Virus record (IMG/VR): IMGVR_UViG_3300025450_000021
Span: 17,669 to 81,668 of that record
Strand: one strand, 5' to 3'
From: a virus
Taxonomy: Duplodnaviria; Heunggongvirae; Uroviricota; Caudoviricetes
DNA length: 64,000 bases
The notes under the pieces are model-generated. The model did not search any database. It was not told the origin of the DNA and saw nothing but the letters and a program-made list of their open reading frames with translations. The position numbers and the translations under genes were made by a program. Each line of letters starts with the position of its first letter. The first letter of the stretch is position 1. Of the stretch, positions 8,384 to 17,759 are shown one piece after another.

Positions 8384-10640
8384 CTAAAGGAGTAGTAGAG
8401 TCTACAGTTAGCAAGGGTACTTTAGATTCTTTTGCTTTAGCAACAATCGCTAATTGATCATTATCGAGTGTAATAGTAGCCCAGCCACCATTCTTCAATT
8501 CTCCAAACAACATCATCTTAGCAAGATTGCGTTTGATCTCTTTATCGATTACTCGTTGTACTGGACGAGCACCCATCTTAGGATCAAATCCTTTAGTAAT
8601 CAACCATTCAATTGCTTCTTTGTTGATTTTAATACGTACTGCTTTATCTTTAACCTGTTCTTTAAGTTCGTCAATAAACTTGTTAACAATCTTAACCATA
8701 GTATCTTTACCGAGTTTATTGAATGTAACAACACCGTCCAAACGATTACGGAACTCTGGAGTCAGGAACTTCTTCAAGTCTGCATCACTATAGTCTTTTT
8801 CTTGTTTACCAAACCCAATTGCGTTCTTTTCTGCAGAATTTGCGCCAGCATTAGTAGTAAGAATAAGGATAATGTTACGGCAATCTGCTTTCTTACCATT
8901 AGATCCGGTAATAAAGCCATTGTCCATTAGTTGCAACAGTACAGTCATCACATCTGGATGAGCCTTTTCAACTTCGTCTAGCAACAGAACAGCGTTAGGT
9001 GCTTCTTGAATTTGTGTAATCAACTGTCCAGCATCTTCTTCAAAGCCAACATATCCTGGTGGGCTACCAATTAACTTACTAATACTGTGTTTCTCTTGAT
9101 ATTCACTCATATCAAAACGCAATAGTTTAACACCCAAGTGTTTAGCAAGCGATTTAGCAGTTTCAGTTTTACCTGTTCCTGTAGGACCCATGAATACAAA
9201 GCTACCAACTGGTTTGTTTTCTGTCTTAAGACCAGCTTGTGCAACAATAATCTTGTCAACAATTTCTGTAAGAGCCATGTCTTGTCCATACACTTCTTTT
9301 TCAAGATTAGTTTGCAAACTAGCAATATTGCTAGACTCTGTTTCCATAATCTTTTCTTCAGGCATATTAACCAATTTACTTAATTCAAATTGAATTTCGC
9401 GTTCAGAAATAATACGATCTTCAACTAATTTTAAATTAAAACGACTACATGCCAAGTCAATCAAATCGATTGCCTTATCTGGTAATTTTTTGTCTGTTTG
9501 ATATTTAACCGACAGTTTAATAGCGGCATTAAGTGCATCGTCTTTGATCTTTGTATTATGGAATTGTTCATAATACTTCTTAATACCTTTAAGAATTTGT
9601 AGTGTAACTTCTTGAGTAGGTTCATCAACTGTAATGCGTTGGAAACGACGCATTAATGCACGATCCTTTTCAAAGTGTTTACGATATTCTTCCCACGTAG
9701 TTGATGCTATAACCTTGATGTTGCCTTTGCTTAGAGCAGGTTTCATCATATTGGCAAGATCGTTGGCACTATTGCTAGCACTTCCAGCACCGCTAATCAT
9801 GTGTGCTTCATCGATAAACAGCACAGTCTTGCCTTTCTTTGCTAGGCCTTTGAGTACTTGTTTAAAACGTTCTTCAAAGTCGCCACGATACTTACTACCA
9901 GCTAGCATAGCTGAAATATCTAAACTATAAACCTTGTATTCTTTTAAGAACTCAGGGACCGCACCATTTACGATATTATAGGCAAGCCCCTCTGCTATAG
10001 CAGTTTTGCCAACACCTGGATCTCCTACAAGGATTACGTTATTTTTACTACGACGACCTAAAGCCAGGGCAATGTTTTCTAGTTCATCGATACGACCAAT
10101 TACTGGATCAATCTTTTTCTTAGTAACTTCTTCATTTAAATTAGTTGTAAATGCCGCTAGTGCTCTACTTGTACCTTCTTGTGGACCAGATTCTTCAAAT
10201 TCTTCTTCGGAAGTATTTGTAAGATACTCTGCAAATTTATCTTTATCTATACCAGCTTGATGAATATAAAAATACGCCCAACTACGTTTTTCGCCTATCA
10301 TAGCAAGGAACACATCAGTTGGTTCAATTTTTTGACGCCCATTAAATAATACCTGAGTGAACGCACGATTAAGTACACGTTCAACACTCTGAGTCTTTTT
10401 AGGTTTAATTACTACTTCATTCAGTACGATTTCTTTGCATTTATTATTCAAATAATCTTCTAAATTAATTTTAAGGGCATCAGGATTACTACCAAACCCT
10501 GTTATCGTAGTAGTAAACCCTTCATCGGATAACATCGCAAACAATAAATGTTCTATTGTTAGATATTCGTGATGTAGTTTCTTAGCAGTATCAATTGCTT
10601 TTTCAAAAACTGCTTGTAGGTTATCACTTGGTTCGACCAT
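8361..10640 (-). CDS. ClpA/ClpB-family AAA+ ATPase (Clp unfoldase/chaperone), two nucleotide-binding domains
   Basis: Two Walker A motifs, GDPGVGKT and GPTGTGKT. Walker B motifs VLFIDEAH and LLDEVEKA. ClpA-type N-domain. 759 aa. Confidence 0.88.
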   Translation of the reverse strand: MVEPSDNLQAVFEKAIDTAKKLHHEYLTIEHLLFAMLSDEGFTTTITGFGSNPDALKINLEDYLNNKCKEIVLNEVVIKPKKTQSVERVLNRAFTQVLFNGRQKIEPTDVFLAMIGEKRSWAYFYIHQAGIDKDKFAEYLTNTSEEEFEESGPQEGTSRALAAFTTNLNEEVTKKKIDPVIGRIDELENIALALGRRSKNNVILVGDPGVGKTAIAEGLAYNIVNGAVPEFLKEYKVYSLDISAMLAGSKYRGDFEERFKQVLKGLAKKGKTVLFIDEAHMISGAGSASNSANDLANMMKPALSKGNIKVIASTTWEEYRKHFEKDRALMRRFQRITVDEPTQEVTLQILKGIKKYYEQFHNTKIKDDALNAAIKLSVKYQTDKKLPDKAIDLIDLACSRFNLKLVEDRIISEREIQFELSKLVNMPEEKIMETESSNIASLQTNLEKEVYGQDMALTEIVDKIIVAQAGLKTENKPVGSFVFMGPTGTGKTETAKSLAKHLGVKLLRFDMSEYQEKHSISKLIGSPPGYVGFEEDAGQLITQIQEAPNAVLLLDEVEKAHPDVMTVLLQLMDNGFITGSNGKKADCRNIILILTTNAGANSAEKNAIGFGKQEKDYSDADLKKFLTPEFRNRLDGVVTFNKLGKDTMVKIVNKFIDELKEQVKDKAVRIKINKEAIEWLITKGFDPKMGARPVQRVIDKEIKRNLAKMMLFGELKNGGWATITLDNDQLAIVAKAKESKVPLLTVDSTTPLVEIPDAV

Positions 10641-11130
10641 TACTGTTCCTTATCTTGTTTTGTCGTTTACGAGCCATTGCTAATTTCAATACACTAATGT
10701 TATCAGTGAAACATATACCGTTTAAATGATCCAATTCATGGAGGAAACATCTAGCAGTAATGCCTGATAATGTCATTGTACACTCTTGTGCATTTTTGTC
10801 AAGAAATGCAACGTCGATTTGTTGAGGACGGGGAATATCTAGAAATAAATCTGGAAAACTTAAACAACCTTCTTCAGCTATTTGTATTTCTTCGCTAGAT
10901 TTGATTAATCTTGGATTAAACATTCCTAGCCTACGACCGTTATCTAACTTAATAACAAATACTCGCTTGAGTAAGCCAACTTGGTTTGCCGCCAACCCAA
11001 TTCCATTGTTGGCAATCATTATGTCAATCATTTCATCTTCAAGTTGATCTGCGTTAGAATCTAACCCAAAGTCCCAATCTTCAGCACGTTGTTTTAATAT
11101 GGGATCAGTTTCTTTGATTAATTTTAGCAT
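10624..11130 (-). CDS. def: peptide deformylase
   Basis: The three PDF motifs are present: GIGLAANQ (GxGxAAxQ), EGCLS, and HELDHLNG (HExxH). Confidence 0.88.
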   Translation of the reverse strand: MLKLIKETDPILKQRAEDWDFGLDSNADQLEDEMIDIMIANNGIGLAANQVGLLKRVFVIKLDNGRRLGMFNPRLIKSSEEIQIAEEGCLSFPDLFLDIPRPQQIDVAFLDKNAQECTMTLSGITARCFLHELDHLNGICFTDNISVLKLAMARKRQNKIRNSNGRTK

Positions 11131-11983
11131 CGATATCTTTTAATTGTTGAATAATTCCGGAGTCGGTTACAGGAGTTGGTTTAATTTTGATTACTGTAAC
11201 AAATCTTCCTTTGTATCCATTATTTACATTTGGAAACCCGTGCCCGTTACTAGCAAATTCTGCACCATGTTCTATACCAGCTCTGATATCTAAATCTAAT
11301 ACAGTGCCTGATAAATTTTTTACATGTTTTCTGCAACCGATCATTGCTTCGATGGGAGTAATATCCACAGCATGGAATATATCATCCCCTCTACGTTCAT
11401 AACCGGGTTCTGCTTGAACTAAAATTGTAACATTAAGATTACCGCGTGGTCCAGGCATACTGTCATCGCCCAGCCCTTGATATCGAATAGTGTCTCCATT
11501 ATTAACGCCTGCTGGTACACTAATAACTACGTTTTGTTTCTTACCGCTAGGTAATTGATAGCTGGCTTCAAGTTGTTTGCCTGTATAACTATCTAAAAAA
11601 CTAATTGTACATTGAATGTTTAAATCTCTATTACGCTGAGGTTGTCCACGGCGCATGTGTCCAAAAATATCCCCAAATGGGTGACCTTGCGGAAATTGTT
11701 GACCAAATATACCACCAAACGGATCGAACCCAGGTTGTCCTCCAAACGGATTGCCTGTATGAAAATGGAATTGTTGTCCGTTTCCAAACTGTCGTTGGTG
11801 GTCGTATTCGGCTTTCTTTTGAGCATCACTTAATGTATCATAAGCAACGCTGATATCTTTGAATTTGGCTTGATCTCCACCCTTGTCTGGATGATGTTTA
11901 TTAGCCAAGCTTCGGTATGCTTTTTTAATTTCTTCTGGGCTAGCTGTTTCGCTAACACCTAATGTTTGGTAATAATCAGTCAT
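11105..11983 (-). CDS. DnaJ (J-domain) co-chaperone-like protein
   Basis: N-terminal J domain with YYQTLGV...KKAYRSLANKHHPDKGGD (HPD motif) and a Gly/Phe-rich linker. No zinc-finger CxxCxGxG repeats. The C-terminal substrate-binding-like region is present. Confidence 0.82.
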   Translation of the reverse strand: MTDYYQTLGVSETASPEEIKKAYRSLANKHHPDKGGDQAKFKDISVAYDTLSDAQKKAEYDHQRQFGNGQQFHFHTGNPFGGQPGFDPFGGIFGQQFPQGHPFGDIFGHMRRGQPQRNRDLNIQCTISFLDSYTGKQLEASYQLPSGKKQNVVISVPAGVNNGDTIRYQGLGDDSMPGPRGNLNVTILVQAEPGYERRGDDIFHAVDITPIEAMIGCRKHVKNLSGTVLDLDIRAGIEHGAEFASNGHGFPNVNNGYKGRFVTVIKIKPTPVTDSGIIQQLKDIDAKINQRN

Positions 11984-12053
11984 GGTCGTAAAAAAGGCTC
12001 CAATTAATAATAGTAATTATACTATCTTAAACGGAGCCTGTCAAAGATTTGAA

Positions 12054-12230
12054 TTACTTTTTCTTTTTCTTTTGAACTACTGTATCGGGTTTGGTACCTG
12101 CGATTTCTGTACCTTCTGCCTTTTTATGATGTTTAACTTCTTTTTTTGGTGCTGGCTTTTTAGTTTCTGCAAATGCAGGAGTACTAGCTAGTACACATGC
12201 CGAAATTACTAATGCTAATATTTTTTTCAT
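12054..12230 (-). CDS. small secreted Lys-rich peptide (58 aa)
   Basis: MKKILALVISACVLASTPAFA is a signal peptide with an AFA-E cleavage site, followed by a K-rich tail. Below the ORF-track size cutoff. Hand-translated. Confidence 0.4.
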   Translation of the reverse strand: MKKILALVISACVLASTPAFAETKKPAPKKEVKHHKKAEGTEIAGTKPDTVVQKKKKK

Positions 12231-12241
12231 TTTATTTTTCC

Positions 12242-12718
12242 TTATAGTGCTGGTTGCGAAAATGTTGGAATAACTTTCTTACCGCTTGCGTTTACTGCTG
12301 GTGTTACTGCTGTTACAGGAGTTGCTACTGGTGTTACTGCTGTTACAGGAGTTGCTACTGGTGTTACTGCTGGCACAGGAGTTGTTATTGGAGCAGGTGG
12401 AGTATATGTTGTTCCAACATTAGTTGGCATACTTAATCCGCCGTTGTTAGCACCGTTTAATTTTTCCTGTGTACGACCGTATGCACTTACACCAATAATG
12501 GCACCCATTGCGATATGGAATAAACCGGCGCCTTGAAGTGTTAATGGTTGCCATTGGCTATTAACTTGCCCATGGGACATGGCTTGTAATAAACTCCATA
12601 GGACTGGAAATCCTACAAAATCCATAGTACAGACTAGCATATACATCCAGCCCATCATTGGACGCCATTTACTGTTCATCCAATCTTCTTTTTTCTTTTC
12701 GCTCTGACTCATTGACAT
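12242..12718 (-). CDS. membrane protein with TPVATPVTAV tandem repeats (lysis-cassette membrane component, possible holin-like)
   Basis: The N-terminal half is hydrophobic with two or three TM segments. The C-terminal part is encoded by 30-bp tandem repeats. Confidence 0.55.
   Translation of the reverse strand: MSMSQSEKKKEDWMNSKWRPMMGWMYMLVCTMDFVGFPVLWSLLQAMSHGQVNSQWQPLTLQGAGLFHIAMGAIIGVSAYGRTQEKLNGANNGGLSMPTNVGTTYTPPAPITTPVPAVTPVATPVTAVTPVATPVTAVTPAVNASGKKVIPTFSQPAL
12291..12390. repeat. 30-bp tandem repeat x ~3.3 (gtgttactgctgttacaggagttgctactg)
   Basis: 12301-12330 and 12331-12360 are identical. 12361-12390 is a diverged copy. A partial copy lies before 12301. Confidence 0.8.
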
Positions 12719-12745
12719 AGTCGCTCCTATTTGTTGTACTACTAT

Positions 12746-13015
12746 TTATTTGACGCTATCGAATATTTTTTCCTGAGTATTATACCATTCAATCCATGCG
12801 TCTATTTTAATTTTGCATTCTTTATATTGTTCGTAATTATCACTGACTACTAAAATTAAATCGCTTAGTTTGCTTGTATTTGGATCGATTAATTTTAAAT
12901 CTGGACACGCTACCTTCATATCAGCAGGTACATCTGGAAAATGTCTTTGAACAGGAACTGCTGTACTGCATCCTGCAAGTAAAACAATAATTGATAAAAT
13001 TAGTAATCTTTTCAT
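12746..13015 (-). CDS. lipoprotein, candidate o-spanin
   Basis: Signal peptide with the lipobox LLAGCST. 89 aa. Sits immediately downstream of, and overlapping, the TM/coiled-coil gene next to the endolysin. Confidence 0.5.
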   Translation of the reverse strand: MKRLLILSIIVLLAGCSTAVPVQRHFPDVPADMKVACPDLKLIDPNTSKLSDLILVVSDNYEQYKECKIKIDAWIEWYNTQEKIFDSVK

Positions 13016-13464
13016 TTGATTACTCCTGCGGCATCATTAAGATCCTTAATTGCTTCTGGAGCAAGTTTACATTCTGCATCTATGGCCGAAGCATCGTGTA
13101 CAATATGTTCTTTGACAACAACTTGTACATTGTGGATAACTTTAGTTTTTCCTTTTAATGCATCTTGTAATTGATTGTTGGCATCCTTACTTTGCTTTTC
13201 AGACACAGCTACTTTAGACTCGAGATCTGCTGTTTTTGCTTTCCACGCCATCTCGACATCGTAGCCGCCGCGTAACCATACACCTAAAATTACTAGTGCA
13301 ATTCCAACAGGTTTTAATATTCTTACATATTTGCCGTAGAACGGAATAAATTTTCCAATCCAACTTGCAACCATACCTGTAAGTCCTACTGCAATTATAG
13401 CCCAGTAAATCCAGTTTAATATTGCATCAGGTATTAGACTCATCATCCATTGAAATTGCCACAT
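13012..13464 (-). CDS. membrane-anchored coiled-coil protein, candidate i-spanin
   Basis: N-terminal TM helices followed by a charged helical periplasmic-type domain. The gene order endolysin -> this gene -> lipoprotein matches two-component spanins. Confidence 0.5.
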   Translation of the reverse strand: MWQFQWMMSLIPDAILNWIYWAIIAVGLTGMVASWIGKFIPFYGKYVRILKPVGIALVILGVWLRGGYDVEMAWKAKTADLESKVAVSEKQSKDANNQLQDALKGKTKVIHNVQVVVKEHIVHDASAIDAECKLAPEAIKDLNDAAGVIK

Positions 13465-13465
13465 A

Positions 13466-14101
13466 TTATCCCTGTAATACTTGTTGTGCGTTAGCAGTAT
13501 GTTGTTGACGTTCTTGTAGACCTAATGTACCGCCATTAATTTTCTTAGTTAATCCAAGTACATCAATTTGATCTGCTAGTGCATTTAAATTGTTTGCTTC
13601 CCAGAACCAGCAAGCTGATTGTACACAGCCTTCAAATGTTGTTAAAAATTCTGGAACTTCTTCTAGCGGAGTATCAATGCTTTCTGCAAAACGTTCGTAA
13701 TTGCTTTTACCAGTCAATTGAATTAGTCCACGGCCGCAATATTTAAAACCGTCTCCTGATTCTTCAGGACCATTGCCCATACGTCCGCCATAAGCACGAT
13801 TAGCAATCTTTTCTGGTTGGTGAGCATATTGATTTGCTATTTCCATTGTAGGAAAATAGTGTGGCCACACTTTCATAAGTGTTTCTGGACGATAGTTTAG
13901 ATTTTCAACAATAGCTGTATAGCCTGCTGATTCTACCATGGTCTGGCCTAAGAAACAGGCTACACGCTCTGGTGTGTTGATATCGTAATCGGGCAATACT
14001 TTGCACAATGCTTCATACCAATGTTCGCTGTATGGGTTATTTCCAAGTATAGCTGTACACTTTGTTAAACTAAAATCAAATGTAAATCCGTCTGCCATCA
14101 T
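13466..14101 (-). CDS. endolysin, glycoside hydrolase family 19 (chitinase-like lysozyme)
   Basis: FLGQTMVESAG is the FLAQxSHETGG-like motif. YCGRGLIQLTGKSNY is the GH19 hallmark Y-x-GRG-x-IQLT-x-x-x-NY. Confidence 0.8.
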   Translation of the reverse strand: MMADGFTFDFSLTKCTAILGNNPYSEHWYEALCKVLPDYDINTPERVACFLGQTMVESAGYTAIVENLNYRPETLMKVWPHYFPTMEIANQYAHQPEKIANRAYGGRMGNGPEESGDGFKYCGRGLIQLTGKSNYERFAESIDTPLEEVPEFLTTFEGCVQSACWFWEANNLNALADQIDVLGLTKKINGGTLGLQERQQHTANAQQVLQG

Positions 14102-14832
14102 TATTTCCTTTCAAGGGCTACAGCCCAGTTTGTATTTTCAAATATAAATGTCTTGCCAACTTTAACAATGTTATAGTTACCAATAACTTTAGTTAAAAAC
14201 ATAACTTCTGCCATGTCTTTGTTTTCTAATAAAATTGGACCTTTGATCATATTGTGAATTATATCTTTAGGTCCACTTTCTACAATATTAAATGTTACTT
14301 CACCACTGTACACTCTTTTGAATGTAATACTTTCATCTAAGACAACTATGTTGTCAGCATAACTACGTTTAAAAAATTCACTAAAATTATTTAGTTTGTT
14401 TTCTTGAGTAGCAATTTTGTAAGAATTTTTATCCTTAGGTACTATTGCACTTAAACTTTCGACGGTAGCAGGCTCGCTTTTAAAACTTTTGAAATATCTA
14501 AAACGCATGTCTTCCATGCCTGTTAATTTTTTAACACCTTCAATTAATTCAAAAATTTGTTCGCCAATATGTCTTGATCTTTCAATTTCAACATATACAC
14601 GATATTTACCATCGTCTAATTCACCTGGAGTAACATCCGAATCCAAAACAAAGCTATAACCCATCTCAAAGAAATTTTCTAAATCTTTAGCAGGTTCCTC
14701 AGTGTCTACGGTAAAACTTAATACACAAATATCTTCATCATCACCGATTTTACTTTTATAACTGTCAATTTCAAAAACTTTTTTAACTAAGTTTCTCAGA
14801 TCTCCAGCTCGCAAATTTTCATCTAATTTCAT
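14101..14832 (-). CDS. hypothetical protein
   Basis: 243-aa ORF. Confidence 0.55.
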   Translation of the reverse strand: MKLDENLRAGDLRNLVKKVFEIDSYKSKIGDDEDICVLSFTVDTEEPAKDLENFFEMGYSFVLDSDVTPGELDDGKYRVYVEIERSRHIGEQIFELIEGVKKLTGMEDMRFRYFKSFKSEPATVESLSAIVPKDKNSYKIATQENKLNNFSEFFKRSYADNIVVLDESITFKRVYSGEVTFNIVESGPKDIIHNMIKGPILLENKDMAEVMFLTKVIGNYNIVKVGKTFIFENTNWAVALERK

Positions 14833-15440
14833 TGTGCTACTCCGCCTGGTGCTCCGCCTGGAGTTACCCCGCCTGGTGCGGCTCCTGGTGCGGCTCCTGG
14901 TGCCGGTGCTCCGCCTGGTGCTGGTGGAGGCATTCCACCACCTGGTGCTTGCGGTGCTGGTGCTGGCGCACTACCTTGATCGTTAGTTAACATATGGTCT
15001 TTATCTTTACCTTTCATCTTAAACATGTAGCCTTGATAAATTTCAAAAGCAATATGTTTAGGCATCTGTACTTCTACAATCCAAATAGGTTTACGATCTA
15101 GTTTACCTTTTTTACTTCCTGGACGTAGGTCCTGGGGACTTTTAATTTTGCGTGGTTCTAGCAAATGACTCTTTTGATATGTAACTTTACAACCTAATTC
15201 CATTAAACGCTTGCCAGCAGTCGGATTAGGCATCTTGTCTTTAGGCCACATAAAGCCGGCTGTAATCCAATGACGGTCCACTTTAGGGCCGTATGCTAAT
15301 TCACCATCGATCCAGTTTTCATAGACGTATACGTCCATCTCTTCAAAAACACGTTCAAAGTCCTTCAAAACCGCAAGGCTAGAATTGTTTTCGTATAGTT
15401 CTTGTATGTTTTTAATAACATCTAATATGTCGTGGTGCAT
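14829..15440 (-). CDS. hypothetical protein with Pro/Ala/Gly-rich C-terminal tail
   Basis: 203 aa. The C-terminus APAPAPQAPGGGMPPPAPGGAPAPGAAPGAAPGG is encoded by GC-rich ggtgctccgcctgg repeats at 14835-14940. Confidence 0.55.
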   Translation of the reverse strand: MHHDILDVIKNIQELYENNSSLAVLKDFERVFEEMDVYVYENWIDGELAYGPKVDRHWITAGFMWPKDKMPNPTAGKRLMELGCKVTYQKSHLLEPRKIKSPQDLRPGSKKGKLDRKPIWIVEVQMPKHIAFEIYQGYMFKMKGKDKDHMLTNDQGSAPAPAPQAPGGGMPPPAPGGAPAPGAAPGAAPGGVTPGGAPGGVAQ

Positions 15441-15600
15441 GTATTGATCCTAGAATTCTCTATACTTATTTAGCTGGTTCAAAATCATAACGTATTAGTT
15501 TACTTTTCTAGGAATACGTTAAATAATAGTGTAGGACCTCTGTAGTTATCAAAGGCGGTCACTACAAGTCCTACTTTAACAGTAAAGTAGGAGCAACTTA
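15441..15600. promoter_or_regulatory. divergent intergenic region (between minus-strand gene start 15440 and plus-strand phoH start 15601)
   Basis: 160-bp AT-rich gap. AGGAG Shine-Dalgarno 8 nt before the phoH ATG. Confidence 0.3.
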
Positions 15601-16320
15601 ATGAGTAAACAACGAGTGAAAAAGCGTTTTACATCAGAAGTTAACATTATAGATTTTCCGCAGTATCTTCCCGCGAAAAAGCCGAGAGTGAGTCTTTACC
15701 CACGTAACTCTAATCAGGCCACATACGTCCAAAAACTCCAAGATGAAACTAAAAGTATAGTATTTGCTATCGGTCCTGCCGGTACAGGTAAAACTATGCT
15801 AGCGGTTCAGCATGGTATTAAGATGTTGCAAGAAGGGATTGTGGACAAAATCGTAGTGACAAGACCCGCCGTGTCCGTAGATGAAGATCTAGGATTCTTA
15901 CCAGGTACATTAAATGAAAAAATGGCACCGTGGACAAGACCTATATTTGATGTATTTGCGGACTATTATCATCAAAAAGACATAGCAAAAATGCTAGAGG
16001 AAGGTGTTATTGAGATAAGTCCATTGGCCTATATGCGTGGCCGTACATTCAAAAACGCATATATAGTAGCAGACGAAATGCAAAATGCTACAGTAAATCA
16101 AATGAAAATGCTGTTGACTCGTTTAGGCGAGGGAAGTAAAATGGTAGTGACAGGAGATTTAAATCAAGCCGATCGTTTAAAAGACAATGGCTTGATGGAT
16201 TTTTGTAATTTATTACAAGAGCATCCAATTCTAAAACATTTAGATATAGTAGAATTCGATGCCAGAGACATAGAACGCCATAACGCAGTGAAGGAGGTGT
16301 TAGCTGTGTATGGAGATTAG
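15601..16320 (+). CDS. phoH: PhoH-like ATPase
   Basis: Walker A GPAGTGKT, PhoH core VVTGDLNQ and DxxQ-type motifs. 239 aa. Confidence 0.9.
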   Translation: MSKQRVKKRFTSEVNIIDFPQYLPAKKPRVSLYPRNSNQATYVQKLQDETKSIVFAIGPAGTGKTMLAVQHGIKMLQEGIVDKIVVTRPAVSVDEDLGFLPGTLNEKMAPWTRPIFDVFADYYHQKDIAKMLEEGVIEISPLAYMRGRTFKNAYIVADEMQNATVNQMKMLLTRLGEGSKMVVTGDLNQADRLKDNGLMDFCNLLQEHPILKHLDIVEFDARDIERHNAVKEVLAVYGD

Positions 16321-16327
16321 TGTATTA

Positions 16328-17245
16328 TTACACCAAATGACTCAAATGAATTAACGTTGCGGCAAGGTTTATTTCGGGATCACTCACAAGAGTGTTGTCG
16401 GCTAAACCTTGTTTTATTCGTAGTATAGCTTTTTCTTGTGTAGCATCGTCGCCGAATATCTCGACATTGTCATACAACCATCTGTAAATTTCTTCCATCT
16501 CTTCTGGTCGTGCTTGACTACATACTAGTTTTCTTGCTTCGCTAATCTTTCCTGCTTTAAATAAATCAACCATTTGAATTTTATAATCAGCTTGCCCTGT
16601 ATCTGCCTTTTCGGGTGTATGCAATTTACCTTCCATACTATTCATCTGTACAGTATTAATACATTTACGCAAATCTGGATAAGTTCCTTTGACAAAAGAA
16701 TCTAGTGTATCTAAATCAAAATCGACATTTTCTTCTACTAGGATAGTAGCAACACGAGCAGTAAACTCTGTAATGTCCACCCTTTCAATATGGAATCCTT
16801 GACATCTACTATGTAAGGCAGGAATAATACGATTAGGATAGTTACAAGTAAGAACAAAACGTGCAGTAGTGTGATACTCTTCCATAACTCCACGCAATGC
16901 CGCTTGAGCATTTGGAGACAAATAATCTGCTTCATCTAACAACACCACCTTAAAGTCGCCAAACGGAATCATTTGGACAAAACTTACAATTTTATCACGT
17001 ACATCCTCAACTGAGTTGGTACGGCTTGCATTAATTTCTAATACATCTAAATCATTTACTTCTAACTCATTTAGTAGAATCTTAGCTAAGGTAGTTTTAC
17101 CAATTCCTGCATTACCGCTGAATAACAGATGAGGGATACTTCCTTGTTTAATCCAGCTTTCAATTTGTTCTCTTTGATGTGTATCTCTAAAAACATATCC
17201 ATCGATTGTTTTAGGACGATATTTTTCTACCCATAGTTCTTTCAT
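16328..17245 (-). CDS. sliding-clamp loader subunit (T4 gp44 / RFC small-subunit-like AAA+ ATPase)
   Basis: Walker A SGNAGIGKTT, Walker B VVLLDEADYL, and the SRC motif PALHSRC. Confidence 0.8.
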   Translation of the reverse strand: MKELWVEKYRPKTIDGYVFRDTHQREQIESWIKQGSIPHLLFSGNAGIGKTTLAKILLNELEVNDLDVLEINASRTNSVEDVRDKIVSFVQMIPFGDFKVVLLDEADYLSPNAQAALRGVMEEYHTTARFVLTCNYPNRIIPALHSRCQGFHIERVDITEFTARVATILVEENVDFDLDTLDSFVKGTYPDLRKCINTVQMNSMEGKLHTPEKADTGQADYKIQMVDLFKAGKISEARKLVCSQARPEEMEEIYRWLYDNVEIFGDDATQEKAILRIKQGLADNTLVSDPEINLAATLIHLSHLV

Positions 17246-17280
17246 AAGATTCCTTTGTTTTGCTTATTGTACAGGTAAAA

Positions 17281-17303
17281 ACAGGACTTGTCTAGAGTCC
17301 TGT
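17281..17303 (-). terminator. hairpin (8-bp stem acaggact/agtcctgt, 7-nt loop) followed by a T-run on the minus strand
   Basis: Perfect inverted repeat seen in the sequence, 22 nt downstream of the GroES-like stop. Confidence 0.4.
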
Positions 17304-17324
17304 AGTAGTTTGGTAAAATTAATT

Positions 17325-17759
17325 TTAAAATTGAGGTCCGGCAAACTGGGCGGGATCCCATTCTTGATGTTGCACTTTAGAGTGTGCGCCATATGTATTT
17401 AGGTATTTTTCTTCCGGTTTATCATCACTTACCATTAGAATGGCGTTTACGTCAGCACGACGAATGATGATTTCAGTACCGTCATCTTCTACAACAGTAA
17501 CACCACGAGTCCAACGACCATGTTCTAATAAGATCCATTCTCCGACTTTGACATCTTTTTGTTCAGGGCCTACTGCCCAAACTCGACACCAACGATGACG
17601 TACACCCTCGGCTTTGCCATCATCGCTAGGTAAAATAAACATACCCAGTTTTCTTTCTCCAAAATCCATATCAGTAACAAGAACATTGTTACGTATCGGG
17701 ATAAGTTTGCCTCGTACTTTAGGTTTAATACCTTCGTGACCAATACCTTTTAAATCCAT
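17325..17759 (-). CDS. co-chaperonin GroES/Cpn10-like (T4 gp31 analogue)
   Basis: LIPIRNNVLV ~ GroES IRPLHDRVIV. DVKVGEWILLEHG ~ DVKVGDIVIFNDG. AILMV ~ ILAIV. 144 aa with an N-terminal extension. Confidence 0.55.
   Translation of the reverse strand: MDLKGIGHEGIKPKVRGKLIPIRNNVLVTDMDFGERKLGMFILPSDDGKAEGVRHRWCRVWAVGPEQKDVKVGEWILLEHGRWTRGVTVVEDDGTEIIIRRADVNAILMVSDDKPEEKYLNTYGAHSKVQHQEWDPAQFAGPQF

Noticed and set aside
16738-16935. 65-aa minus-strand ORF nested in the clamp-loader gene
   Set aside because: Alternative frame of a confidently assigned AAA+ gene.
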